DNA from: Macrostomum lignano
Taxonomy: Eukaryota
Reading direction: 5' to 3'
Assembly: GCA_002269645.1 (NCBI GenBank)
Contig: NIVC01000986.1
Location: 328,847 to 392,846, forward strand
Length of the DNA: 64,000 bases
This document shows positions 1-11,995 of the stretch, one piece after another. Both the position numbers and the translations under genes were made by a program. Each line of letters opens with the position of its first letter. Positions within the stretch are counted from its first letter, which is position 1. The notes beneath the pieces were generated by a model. That model was not told the DNA's origin. It ran no database searches and saw nothing but the letters and a program-made list of their open reading frames with translations.

Positions 1-63
1 AGAGGCAGACATTCAAGAAGACCAGAGCCTCTCTCTTATCTATTTCACTCCGCACTGACAAAT

Positions 64-408
64 AGTGCGGCAGAGTTGCATAGGCATGCTATAGGATAAG
101 CACAGTGGGGGACGCCGAGGAGTTGCGTAGACCAGGCACAAAATTGAGGTGGAAGTTTCCACGCCACGCCTACCTTGTTTTAATTTGTTTACTCTGCTAT
201 TCCAAAAACCTTCCAATTCTTTGCTTTGCTACCTGCCCCTCCCAGTGCGGCAGAGTTGCATAAGCGTTTCACCAACCGCGCCGCCCAGCCAATCACACCC
301 ACCCCACGCCCTTATTTCCATTGGCTATCTCAGCTGGCTCTTTTACGCCCTCCTATCCTTTTACATTACCGCCTATCTCCGCAGTGCAAGTGCGGCAGAG
401 TTGCATAA
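64..408 (+). repeat. Three dispersed copies of AGTGCGGCAGAGTTGCATA
   Basis: Copies start at 64, 244 and 389. Confidence 0.85.
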
Positions 409-410
409 AC

Positions 411-1049
411 TCATACTACTGTCTTGCCATAACTGACAGAGAGCACAACCCCCTTCGGGTGGCGTTGAAAGGCTGAGACGGAGATCGGTGAAGCGGACTG
501 CTGACTGGGCAGGAGACTGGAGCGCCGAAACATCCCCCACCAAGCAATAAACGTCACAAGCCAGCAGACTCTGTCAAGCGAACTGCTCGAGTTAAGCCGG
601 TTTTTCACAGACAGCAGCATCGCAGGCGAAATCGGCAGCTTCCGTCTTGGTCGCTGGCCCATCCTCCGTTTAGCGCCGCGAACGAGCAGTGAGACCAGGT
701 GGTGTTTTGTTAGGTCCTCAGCACCACATGCTTTGAACCAGCTGGACAGTGCACTGACATGGACACGCAGACTGTTGAACGATCTCAGGCGGCATTCGAC
801 TAGGTGAGCCAGGTAGTTGAGTAGCACCGACCGGTCGGATCGAGCCGGGTTGGTCCCGTTCTCGTTGCAGAAGCTGTGCCAGGACCGGACGGCCGATGAG
901 ATCGCCCTGCGTGACTGCGGTGCGTATGCTGCGGCGAGGAGGCTGGAGGCGGCGGCGCCGAGGGTCGGCGTTGCAAGGAGGCGGCCTGTGAAAATAAAAA
1001 ACGGGAGGCAAAAACAGAAAACGCGTGATTCGAAAACTCCACAGGACAA
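411..1049 (-). pseudogene. Tyrosine recombinase (YR), C-terminally truncated
   Basis: SAM-like N-terminal region (YLAHL...SLRVHVSALS), RRKLPISPAMLL, and catalytic-Arg box IAWWGMFRRSSLL. The ORF ends before the HxxR/Y motifs. Confidence 0.8.
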
Positions 1050-1476
1050 ACTGGTACAGACCCGTAAACACGGAAAATAAAATTCAGCAACTCATGACGC
1101 GAGTGCAGGCGGGACCCTGCATCAGCAAACAGCTGATAGGCACCAGGAACGTGAAAGACCTCAAATTCAACGTCAAAACGCAAACAGAGCAACGCCACAG
1201 ACTGCAGCAACCACATCAGACGCGAGTCCTTGGAGACACCTCGCTTTATAATCCAACACGCCGTCTCATTGTCGCAGTACACAGCAAGCCGACAACCAGC
1301 CAAGGATTGGCCCCATCTCAAAACAGCCAGCAATATAACCACAGCCTCCTTGTAATTGATGCAGTAATTCTGAAAAACACCATTTGCGTCGATCTGCCAG
1401 TCAATAAAGCACCAATCACGAATCCCATCACCATCACGGAGCACCGCCGCGGCGCCTGAAGACGACGAGTCAGTCT
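800..1476 (-). pseudogene. DIRS-type RNase H domain (RT portion missing)
   Basis: ETDSSSSGAAA, INYKEAVVILLAV, VYCDNETA, HVPGAYQLFADAGSR match DIRS RNase H motifs. Confidence 0.8.
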
Positions 1477-3464
1477 CTATGGCAACACAAGCCATTCAAA
1501 TTGATATGAATCCTTCAGTCTTATTTTACCTTCACTGGAACTATCCTGTTTAATATCAACACACTTAAACTTCTCCTTGTTCTCTGCGATGCAATCAAGG
1601 TGTATGTCTGGAATCATGCCGATTTTTTCAACTATAGAAAAATAACAAAAATATGACAAATCTGACAAAATATCGTTAGATCCTGAATGTTCGATTTTAG
1701 CTTTAGATTACAGGTGTTATGCGCTGCACCTCTTAATTTCCCAGTAAAGTGGCAGTGGTCTCTAACGGTCGGCTTTTTAATATCAGTGCAAGTTAACTGT
1801 TTCCTGCAGATGTGGCAATGAGTTGCTGATAGGAAATTGCTTTCATCCTCCTCAGTCATCATTATTGGAACAGGTTGAAGGGTGCTAATCACTTTTTGCA
1901 ACTCTAACATTCTGGCAATAAACTGCTCCACACACTGCTCTCCAAAGAAATAATTATACTCAACAAGTCCTTTTGTATTAATAAAGGCATATGCTACTGA
2001 ATTGGGGATATGTTTTTGAGTTTCCGGCACGATTGAGCATTCGAAATCAGCATATACAACAAATGGGAGCTTCTCCATCTTGTGATAGTTCTTAAACCGG
2101 ATATACTTCTCTTCAGCTGAAGGAAGAGAGCAGTTGGTAGGGTGATCCTCACATGATAATTCATGCTCTGCTAGTTTTTCAAAGCGCTCAGGTCCACTGT
2201 AATGCTTAAGGCACAAGCGGCAGATGGCAACAGCCTCGTGATGATTATTCAACTGATTGTGAATGAGTCTTGAAAGATCTTTAATCCAAACATAGTGAGC
2301 CTCCTCTAGTAAATTACCAATCACTAGAAGATCCAATTCAGTCCGCCTTTTCCCCTCAGGATCTAAAACGTCTTTGCTACATCTGACCGGTTGAACTTTC
2401 TCAGTTTTTTCACTCCACTCAAAGACTGTGATTCTAATTTTGTTATTAAACACTTCTTCTAGCTTTGGGATCTGAGAGATCGCCAAGCCTCCTTTGTCAA
2501 ACCTGATTCCCTTCTTTTCGCATTCGATGAGATAGTAGTTGAAATAATTTTGATAATTTGAGGTTCTTTCGGGGTGGTGAGGGACACTATCATGAAGAAG
2601 TGCAGAAAGAACTGCCCATAGAGCACAGCAATTGTCTTTATTTTTAACATTTATGCAAGCTTTTTTGCCGGCTAGCTTTTGTGGGAGCTCTATATAAGAG
2701 GAGGCTTTAAGTGGGTCATATTTCATAACCATGACAGTTGCTCTTTGAATCCCTCCCACAACCCATCCGAAACCTCTGAATGTAAACGCTTCAATTTTCT
2801 TAGTGACATCTTGAAGGAAAGGATCCAGTGTGTCTGTAGGGGTGAATGGCTTTGCCTTTGTTGTCATGTAATACTAGAGATGCTCAGTGGGTTTTGCAGG
2901 CATATAAAACGCAATCTTGAATGATATCTGTAGTTTAAAAGTCTTGCGTGTTTTGAGTGTGTGATCAACAACTGATTGGATGCTGTCTTTATAGTCGTAG
3001 ATGTTTGCGGTGGTGCCGTTGGTGTCGTTAATTTGGTTGGTGCCGTTGGTGTTGTCAATTGGGATTGTGTACTCTATGTAATGTTCTGTAAACTTCCTCT
3101 GTGCAAAATTAATCTCTTCAATGGCAAGCTCCGACTCTTTTAAATGGATTAATTGCTCTAATTTCTCTTGTTCCTGCTTACTTTGTGGGTACTTTGCTTT
3201 TTCGCCAGTGAGAGTTTCGTATTTGTTAACTAAGTTGCGACTCCTCTCTTGGTGTTCCTTTGCAGGACTTTTTATAGGCGCATACTGGTTGGATTCTAAT
3301 TGATTGATGATTTCCAACTGTTTTTCATAGCTTCCCAGGTGACCAGGGTCGGTGTTAAACGTTTGTTTACATGCTTCTCTTAGTAAATTACTTTTGTCTT
3401 GAAATGAGACGCCTTTTGAAAAATATTTGTTGACTAAATCTTTTGCTGGATTAGCTTTTGGCAT
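1477..3464 (-). pseudogene. Protein-primed DNA polymerase B, N-terminal part (element 1)
   Basis: ORFs 2874-3464 and 1632-2867 are in frame across one stop. Motifs SSYIELP..KKACINVKNKDNCC, VVYADFEC, DHCHFTGKLRGAAHNTCNLK; continues after a frameshift into IDCIAENKEKF...KDSYQF. Confidence 0.8.
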
Positions 3465-3590
3465 TTTTTACTCTAAAATAAAAAACATTTTTGAGGGTGA
3501 CCTCACAATGATAGAAAAGTTGAACTGTTTCTACATCCTATAAGTAGCGTTAGGATTATGAAGCTGGATAAAGTGGGGTTTTAAACCTCA

Positions 3591-4049
3591 TCACATCCGC
3601 ATTATTGTAAACCCAGCATTGTGCAGTGTCATGATGGCTTTGACAATGTCAGACTTGCTTACAGAATTTTCATGCTCACAATCATCACGATCGGGGCAGC
3701 CCTCAGGGCAGCCCTCTCCTGCCTTAATTGTTTTACCTTTGTCTCTTGCAATCTTTTGCAATTCAAGCTGGTGGGCTCTATCATTCCCAGCTTTAACAGC
3801 AGTTGCTACACCTCCAGCTACACCACCTGCGGCACTTACAGCGCCTGCAATGATCGGAATAAGAGCTGCTAATGGTAGGATTCCTCCTGACTTTTCATCT
3901 GTGATGCTGTGTCTTTGCTCATTGCACTGAACTATTTGCTGTGTGGGATCGATTTTTACTTTGACACCTTTAATTGATATAAGACCTGGTTTCTTTGATT
4001 CAATGATTTTATTGAGTTTATTGATGGTTCTGGTTTCGGTCTTTGTCAT
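3591..4049 (-). CDS. Small Polinton protein with GGILP + Gly/Ala-rich hydrophobic helix (adenovirus pX/core-like)
   Basis: KSGGILPLAALIPIIAGAVSAAGGVAGG closely parallels the motifs in ORF 14256-15245. Confidence 0.6.
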   Translation of the reverse strand: MTKTETRTINKLNKIIESKKPGLISIKGVKVKIDPTQQIVQCNEQRHSITDEKSGGILPLAALIPIIAGAVSAAGGVAGGVATAVKAGNDRAHQLELQKIARDKGKTIKAGEGCPEGCPDRDDCEHENSVSKSDIVKAIMTLHNAGFTIMRM

Positions 4050-4069
4050 TTTTTATTTTAATATTTGAA

Positions 4070-5090
4070 TTAATTTCTGTGTCAGCTGGTATCACTAGGA
4101 GTTCAGCTCTAGTGAATCACCGTGTGGGGGATTTAGGGTTAAAGGCTTGAGATAAAAGGTAATAGTCTCCGGAGTCCGAGGTAAAATGTCTGTCTATTTT
4201 ATGTACATCAAGGCTGAAGTATGGATCTGTAGCTCTTATTTTGATGTCTTTCTCTAGCTCTCCAGGTAGATATAAAAAGCGTAGAAGCTCAGAGTTTGTC
4301 AGTATGTATGGTGATTCAACTCCTGGAAGCTTAGGGTAGTTTGAGGTGTGTTTTGGGTCGTGCGTGTTGTGTGTGTTGTCTGTTCTATGAGATGCCTTAA
4401 GTTCGACAGTGTCTTGTTTAATTGCATAGGACGGTTTCAATCCAGTCATGCGTGTGACTTCATTGTTCAGTTGCTCTATAACAGTGGGGAGTCTTTCTGT
4501 TTACTTGGTATAGTATTGGCCACTTTTTAGTTTCAGCTCTTCAGCTGTCTGCTCAGTGAATAGCCTCTTGGCTAGAGTTAGATTGAATCTTTCCACAAAA
4601 GCCTGGTCCTGTGGAGCTCAGTTCTTCCGTAGCGAATCTCTGTATTTTTCTTTTCCATAAGGGATTTGACTGCCCCATAGAATTCTTTACCCGGGTCGGT
4701 CATAAAGATTTGGGGGTATGTGAGCGGAGAGTTTTTATAAATATCTTGGAGGGCGGCTGCAACTGCTTCTGACTTCTTCGTCTTAAGCTGTCTCGCTTCC
4801 TTATATCTGGAGGCAACGTCTGTAATTGTGAGAGCAAACTTGTAGCCCGAGTCATTGGGGAGAAACAGAAGATCTGCTTGGTGCGCCTCATTAGATTTAT
4901 AAATACTGAAATGGGGCCTTTCAAATTTTACTGGTGGGAAATAGACTTGAAAGACAGCCTGCTTAGAGAGCCACTTTTCTACTGTAGCTTTTGCTTCCTT
5001 ACTTAGTTCTGTGAGTTTGGTGACTGCATTTTTTCCTACAAAGAATCCTTTGTCGCTGTAGTTGAGTTTTTTAAGTTTCTGATCTGTCAT
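4070..5090 (-). pseudogene. RVE/DDE integrase of element 1 (frameshifted)
   Basis: HQADLLFLP, TITDVASRY, MTDPGKEF; after a 1-nt shift near 4608 AFVERFNLTL; C-terminal LYLPGELE..RATDP (ORF 4117-4449). Confidence 0.85.
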
Positions 5091-5575
5091 TTTTGTTGTG
5101 CAATCGCGCCCTTTCTCGCCCTCCTGGCCCCGCCCCAACCCTCCAGTCTGCCCCACCCCTCCAATCAATAATCAACACGCGTACGCCGATCACGCCACCC
5201 CGCCCCACCTCCCCTGCTGTACCGTACATTTGTTCTTAAGGTATATTCATGTACGCGTAGGACCAATGAAAAATATATAGTCGCTGTCTGGAGGGCAGAC
5301 TCCTCCCTTGCGCGCGTTGGTCCGCCTCCGTTGGCTATTGACTAAAACGACTCGTCGATCTACCATAAAAAGTGCACGGCGAACTGCATCGGCTACGGTG
5401 TGTAAGTTCGTGTTCGCGAGTTACTGTCCTTTTTCTGCTTCTTCCTAGGGCGCGGGACGGGAGCTCTGACTGGGGACCTGGGGGTCGCAGCTTCCCGACA
5501 GGTTAAAGCTGTAGGCGTTGCTCCGGAGGACGGGGCTCACAACGTTTTTTTTAAAATAAAATTTAAAATAAAATA

Positions 5576-5935
5576 ATGCAACGCTCTGGTGGTAAGTTAG
5601 ATTCACATGGACTGATAGAAAAGCTTCCTCATCCAAACAAAGGCTGGACACTTCCCGGCTATAAATATTGTGGCCTTTGAATCTACTTGAAATACAGTTT
5701 GATAAAAACAATAATCCAAATCCTGGCATGAGCCATGAACGAGCTAGACTCTGTCTGCATGTGGCACGACGTTAAGTATAGGGATTTTCCAGAGGAGAAG
5801 AATCGCTGGGACAAATAAATGCTTAGGAGACTAGACAATATAGGAGCTTCAAGCGGATTTCGCGAGTCTATTGCTAGGAAATTAGTCAAGGCGGTTATTT
5901 TTGGTAAGACAAAACTGGGGTTGGGAATCAGCGCT
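5576..5935 (+). pseudogene. Stand-alone parvovirus VP1u-like phospholipase A2 (PLA2X)
   Basis: Manual translation: MQRSGGKLD..HGLIEKLPHPNKGWTLPGYKYCG...NELDSVCMWHDVKY...KLVKAVIFGKTKLGLG, with stops and shifts. Confidence 0.75.
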
Positions 5936-6331
5936 GAGGGTGGGTGCACAGGGAGAGAGGGCTGGTGCATGGGGTGCTCGGGAGCAGGGTTTATTTTGTG
6001 CGCTCCAAACGAGGAACTAGGAAGACTGCTGAAAGAGCTGGGGGTAGAGAGGGGCGCTTGAGTCGGGAAGGGTTTATCTATTATTCTCAGCCCTAGCCAA
6101 ACGCAACAGCTGTATTTTGAAAAGGGGTGGGGTAACTGCTATTTGCTGAGGGAGCGCAGCCCTGTTCCACACGTGCATTCCTTTCCGCTTTGACAACTGG
6201 AGGGAAGGAAGCGGGTGGAGGGAATCGATCGCTCGGAAGCTAGTTAAAGCAAGCAAAAAATTCAGCTCATTTTGCTCGCTCACGTTTTTCGTCACGCACG
6301 ATACTGCACCGTTGTGGCTGCTGATTTCATT

Positions 6332-7153
6332 ATGTTGTAAGTTTATTCATTTTTTACTTACTGAAATTCTATCCTGTGTTAACAATTGAAAAATCTCTTA
6401 TTTTAATTAAACCTTTGTTTTTAGTTCACAAAAACTTACGTTCTACTCGACCGACCTAGAAAATCTCCACGGTCGCCTTGTTGAAGGATTAGATGCCGAC
6501 GAACAGGCATCAGAGCGAATTCAAGAAGTTCTCCACAATTTCTTCAATGAAAAAGTTGAGAACCAGCGAATTCGTTCAAGAGCGGCCGAGGAGACCCAGG
6601 TTTGCAACTATGCCATGAGAACCGAAATGATGTTTGACGAACTTCGCCGATCATTTGTTGCTGATGAAGATACACTTCTTAGTTATCAACAAATGAGGAA
6701 CTTTGTTGCCCAATTCCAAATGGATTCGGTCGATTCTTATCGTACGCACCATACGGAGTAACGGAGCAACAGGTGGATGGAAAGTCTGTTGCCGCGGCTT
6801 TCTGTATGGGGCTTATATATAAGAAGGCAAAATCCAGACGGCGGGCATCAAATCGAAGGGTTGCGGAAACTTTTGGTGTGAACGAACATGAGGTGCAGAA
6901 GAAGCCCAAAATTCTTGAACTTCTGACGTCGCTGCCTCGGTTGCAACACTGTAAAGTCAAAGTTTCCTTCTTGTTGGATAAAGCTACTCTCATTTTAAGT
7001 GAGTACCGCTACCAACGCGACGCAAATATTTGGACTGACCCAACAGTTCCGCAAGCCAATCAAATGCCAGAAGGTGCTCATGGTAACGTTGTTATCCCTG
7101 GAGCGGCAAATGTGGCAGCAGCTGGTGGAACCGAGGATATTCAGGAGGGTTAA
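6332..7153 (+). pseudogene. Spliced gene of unknown function inside element 1
   Basis: ATG TT|GTAAGT intron 6337-6424 (TTTTAG) joins in frame to a ~110-codon open exon. One frameshift near 6690 links it to ORF 6773-7153. Confidence 0.45.
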
Positions 7154-8230
7154 AGACACAATACGCTCTCATTTACCCAGTAAGTATAAATCTAAATTAA
7201 CCCTGGAAGAACTTTGCCCTATACAATTTGCTGTACACGAAATGAGCGGGAGGAAAATCAATATTCTTCGGATCCAGAAGAATATTGATTTTAGATTTTG
7301 CGAGGATCTGCTCGTATACCCAGAAGTATAAATCTATATCAACCCTGGAAGAACTCTGGCCTAGCTGGACTGGAAAAATGAAAAAGAAATAAAAAGAAAT
7401 TTCTTTACTGGCTGTGGCTTTACTTTTCTGATTCTGTCGGGGATAATATGGATGGATTTAATGGGATTATGGAGGACGTTTTGTGAGCGAGTGCGACCCC
7501 CCTTTTTTTCTGATTCTGTCAGGGATAATATGGATGGATTTAATGGGATTATGGAGGACGTGAAAAATTTTGTCCCAAAAGCCCCCTCATGCCTTCTACT
7601 TAAGAAAGTGAGAACGCAAACTCAAAGGCCCCAGAGAAAAACACGTATATCCATGTAGTTCTGAGAAATGGCTGGCGACTGCTTGATACTGTTTTGCAGT
7701 ATGCCAGGGTTCGTACAACCCTCTTATTAACGCTGGGCTAGTGCTCAGCGTTAAGATTTTAGCAGAGACCTCGTCAACTGGTAGTTGCAGATTAAGCATT
7801 CGATTCGGGATCGAGAACAGAGAACTCCCAAATGGCTTAGTACATCCCCTAATACGGGGCTAGCAACACCACATCGCACAGCGATCTATTAACAGTCCTT
7901 GTAGTCACCACAGTATAACAGGTTTATTTTCCTGTTATCTTCTGCTCACATGACAGAAAGCTTTTCAAACACACTGGCCTCTAAAGACCCTAGCTATTAT
8001 GACTGTGAGGCTTACATCTTAGAATTCGCAGTACCGAATATTATTCGAAGCAGTGTATTTTATAGTAAACGAGAACGCACAGGCAAAATGCAACGCAATG
8101 CACAGTTTGAGTGGGGTGACTTAGCGCTTACACAGTTTCTCTCCGTATCGTTGTTAAGCAACAATAACACCCCCCTCAATGCATTTGCTGAGAGTGCTTT
8201 GAATTACGCGACAGGCTGCTGATTTGGCCC

Positions 8231-8428
8231 TGTAACTAAAATTACTGCTATTGAGGATAAATTTTACATTTTGACCGAAATGAAGCGGGGATAAGCGGAG
8301 CGAATTGAGCGTAGTGAAGACGAGCGATAATGTAGTGAAAAAAAGTAAAATTTATTCTTAATAGCAGTAATTTTAGTTTGTTTCTGAAAACGTTGTTTGC
8401 TGGCAATTTTGTATGGTATATTACTACT
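8231..8428. repeat. Right terminal (TIR) module of element 1
   Basis: Shares GACCGAAATGAAGCG...GAAGACGAGCGATAATG and GTTTGCTGGCAATTTTGTA with the TIR of element 2; ends ACTACT. Confidence 0.8.
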
Positions 8429-8644
8429 GACAGAATCTCCAATGAAACTTACAGAATCTCCAATGACACTGACAGAATCTCCAATGACACTGACAGAATC
8501 TCCAATGACACTGACAGAATCTCCAATGACACTGACAGAATCTCCAATGACACTGACAGAATCTCCAATGACACTGACAGAATCTCCAATGACACTGAGA
8601 GATTCTCCAATGACACTGAGAGATTCTCCAATGACACTGACAGA
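8429..8644 (+). repeat. 21-bp tandem repeat (GACAGAATCTCCAATGACACT, ~10 copies)
   Basis: Read directly. Confidence 0.95.
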
Positions 8645-8904
8645 AGTAATATATCATACAAAATTGCGAGCAAACAACCGCAAACCAGTAGAGCGAAATT
8701 TCAGAAACGAATGTAGAGTTACTGCTATTGAGGATAAATTTTACATTTTGACCGAAATGAAGCGAGGATGAGCGGAGCGAATTGAGCGTAGTGAAGACGA
8801 GCGATAATGTAGTGAAAAATGTAAAATTTATCCTCAATAGCAGTAATTTTAGTTTGTTTCTGAAAACATTGTTTGCTGGCAATTTTGTATGGTATATTAC
8901 TACT
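8645..8904. mobile_element. Solo fold-back TIR module (candidate Polinton-derived mini-element)
   Basis: Begins AGTAATATATCATACAAAATTGCGAGCAAAC, ends GTTTGCTGGCAATTTTGTATGGTATATTACTACT; internal ~31-bp inverted arms. Confidence 0.7.
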
Positions 8905-10199
8905 CCCCACCTCATTTTCGATTTCTAAATCCGCCTCTGCCTACAAACGCTTGAAGAATGGATTCCCTGACGCCATGAATAGGCCTCCGGAGACGCTGCT
9001 CAGCATCGAGAGTGAGTTTCAACCCATGGCTAACTTTCGCTGCACAAAAAAACCCATCATGGGCTACAAAGGCGATGAAAAAACTTGGGAGCCAGATTTA
9101 ACCCGAATCATCTTAAAGATTGCCCAGCAGATACCAGACGTAAGAGGTCCGAACGCCTATAAATACAAGTGGTCCGGAACGGACCCGGAGCCAACAATTT
9201 CTCCTCGGGAAAAGAGGTCCGAAGAGGAAGACACAGTCGGACTTCCTGGACCAAGACTCGGTCGATTGTTGCGGTAAGCCTTCCTTATTTGCGCCGTTGT
9301 TGTTAGAGACGTCTCGCTTAAGTCCAGTGTGACTTGAGTTTAGTTTGAGTCTGTTGAGACTCTTGAGTCTGTTTAGACTCCACTGGTTGCAGTCTCCAGA
9401 AGGACTGCCCCTGATAGATCTTAGAAGACTATCAGTGGTTTCCGGAGCTATTCCTAGAGTGCAAAGAGGCACTGCTAGAAGAAGGAGGCTTAATTAAGAC
9501 TGCAGTTAGGCGCAGGGTACCCATTGTAATTGGAAGCTTCCCATTGGTCCGAACGACAGATTCCGGCCGGAACTACTTCTACAGAAGAAAACAAAGGAAC
9601 TCGGACCTGATCTACATCTGAAGACGTATAGAAGTCTACGAGATCTATTGAGAGATCTACAGTTGAGAACTACACAAGAGAGATCAACGCAAGGAAGAGA
9701 ACAACTCAATCGGGATTAAAGGTAATTAAATACCTTCTGTTGACTTACTGGGTTGCCTAGCTACAGAGCTAGAAGTAACTGTTCCTTGATTACAGTTGAG
9801 GACTGGTAATAAGAAACACATCAAAATATGAATCATATTGCGACTTATGATGAAAGAGAAATCATGTTACTATTAATATACCGAAAACTTGCTGATAAAT
9901 ACAAATCAAAATCCGAGCTGAAATCTCAGACTCAGAGCAGCCTCAAAACATCTCGAGCTTTGCTAGAGCAGCAGAGCGAGGCTATATCTCTGAGGGAGAT
10001 AAATACCAATTGGTAAGCCTTTGTTCAAGTCTTCGTTGTTTGATTATTGAGAGCTTTGCTATTGCCGGCCGCTACTAATCAGTTGAGTTACTGAGTCTAT
10101 TGAGTTTGAGGCCTTCCGTTTCCTAAGGGATTGGATAGGATCTGCGGACCGATTCCGATACCCTTAGAGGATTATTGATTGATTGATTTTGTTACCCTA

Positions 10200-11995
10200 G
10201 AGTAACCGATAGGAACACACGACTCCGATTCCGTTATTTCTAGAAGACGCCCTTTCTGGAGGACTTCGATATTGTTATAGAGTTGATTTTGTGTTAGGGC
10301 GCATCTTGATATTGATTTCCGCACTCGAGGAAGACTGCGACGTCGACGGATTAAATTGTTACGCTCTCACTTTCGGCCGATTCTAGAACCCAAGAAGACT
10401 ACTCCAGAGGAAGTCGCTTGAAGAAACAAGCTCGGAGAACCTGCCCAACAAAGAAGAGGAGCCCGAAACAGTAAGTGACCACTGAATTTTGTTCCCAGGT
10501 TTACCGTCTGGAAGTGGAAGTTTTTGGGTGACTGATCACCACCCGATAAAACTCTTCATACCAAAGACCCACGTGCCAGTATGGGCATAGGGTGTGCTTC
10601 CCATGCAAGGACACGGGCCTTATAAAAAAGTAACCACTTTGCAGGGACCCGTTAATAAGCTGCAGCCTCTGCGGAGACGACTCGCAGGTGAAGCTGTGCA
10701 GCTCCCGACACTGAAGTTGCTTCACCTGCCTGCAGAGGCTCGCACGACGGAGCATCCACCACTGCCCCACCTGCTTGGAGCCACTGGAACAAGCGACGGC
10801 CGATCTAAACCGACTGATGCTGGAACAGCCGGAACTGTGCCTCAAGAAATTGGAGGACCTGACGGTGCAAGAGATAGCCTCCAACGTGCAAGACTGGCCG
10901 GCGCTTTCAGAAACCAAAATTTCACAAACCCGAAATTTCATATTTTCAAAAATCCACGCGACCTATTGCATAATACCGAAATTTCACAACCCCGAGATCT
11001 CATTTGACATCTACCAGTCTGCACGAGGCGCGGCGACAGCTCCTGGCCGTCGGACGACGGTGCACCCTGGCCGACCATCAAATGACACCGGAGGAGGTGT
11101 ACTACCACCTCTTAGAGGCAACGAAAGATACAAGCTTCATGCCTCTGCAACACCTAACAGTGTTAACGACAAGCGTGCAACGACTGTTCCAGCGGTTTTT
11201 TTAATGAAAATCTTTATTTATCCATTTTAACACTAAAAGCTGACTGCATAAAAATACACTTGTTATATGAACCTTATTATACTACTCACTACATTACCTT
11301 CTGACAAATTGTTTAAATTTGTAATTGAGAAATTACCTCTTGTAAAAAGGAAGATATTGCAGAGAATCTCCAAAATACAGTACAAGCAGACTACTAGCAG
11401 TAGTAAGATAAAAATGCGCAAAACCCAAAAATTTAAATTCCGCGTGGTCACACTCTATTTTACTAACATCACGAAAACAGTGAATGGCTATTTCGCAACA
11501 TTTAATTTTTGAACTACCAAATATGGTAAATGATATCCAAACTTTATTTATTCGCTAAAATCCTATTCAACTTTCAAAGGGTCCAATTCCTATTTCGTGA
11601 ACTCTGAAGAGTTGATTCGGGAGGTGATCAGTCTCCCGAAAACTCCCACTTCCAGACACCTAAGCCTGGGAACAAAATAAAGTGATCACTTACTGTCGCG
11701 GGCTCCTCTTCTGTGTCGTGCAGGTTCTCCGAGCTCGTTTCTTCAATTCTTCTTCTTCTTCTCCGGAGGAATCTTCTTGGAGACTCGAATCGGCCGAATG
11801 AGAGCGTGACGATCAAATCAGGCGACGTCGCAGTATTTCTTGAATGCAAATCAATATAGGCCCTAAGCTCAGTAATCAATATCAATGATTCGCCCTTATA
11901 ATAAAATCATCTTTCTGTAATAATCACGAGGACCTCCAAGAGGGGCGTCTTCTTCTAGATCTAACGGAATCGGAGTCGTGTGCTCCTATCGGTTA
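10200..11995. repeat. Diverged inverted duplication (10200-10545 vs 11625-11995)
   Basis: Shared blocks e.g. AACCGATAGGA(A/G)CACACGACTCCGATTCCGTTA, GCTCGGAGAACCTGC, CAGTAAGTGA, TTTTGTTCCCAGG on opposite strands. Confidence 0.85.
10574..11230 (+). pseudogene. Decayed tandem RING-finger (C3HC4-like) protein
   Basis: In frame upstream of ORF 10775: CQYGHRVCFPC...*PLC and CSLC..CSSRH*SCFTC..CPTC, with two stops. Confidence 0.55.

Larger units (their letters stand above)
1..1476 (-). mobile_element. DIRS/Ngaro-type tyrosine-recombinase retrotransposon fragment
   Basis: Overlapping RNase H and tyrosine recombinase ORFs in the order typical of DIRS-like elements. Homology stops abruptly at ~1476, where Polinton polB sequence begins. 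Confidence 0.8.
1477..8428. mobile_element. Polinton/Maverick remnant 1 (right end retained)
   Basis: Contains pPolB N-terminus, integrase, PLA2-like gene and a GGILP protein, and ends in a TIR module terminating ACTACT at 8428. Continuity between 7200 and 8230 is inferred. Confidence 0.7.

Noticed and set aside
8429-8644. 21-bp array as CRISPR-like, and the 8378-8915 periodic ORFs as proteins
   Set aside because: No unique spacers, no cas genes, eukaryotic context; the ORFs simply read through the repeat.
9508-10790. In-frame TGA codons as selenocysteine or an alternative genetic code
   Set aside because: TAA stops also occur, no SECIS was recognised, and CGA-to-TGA decay explains them more simply.
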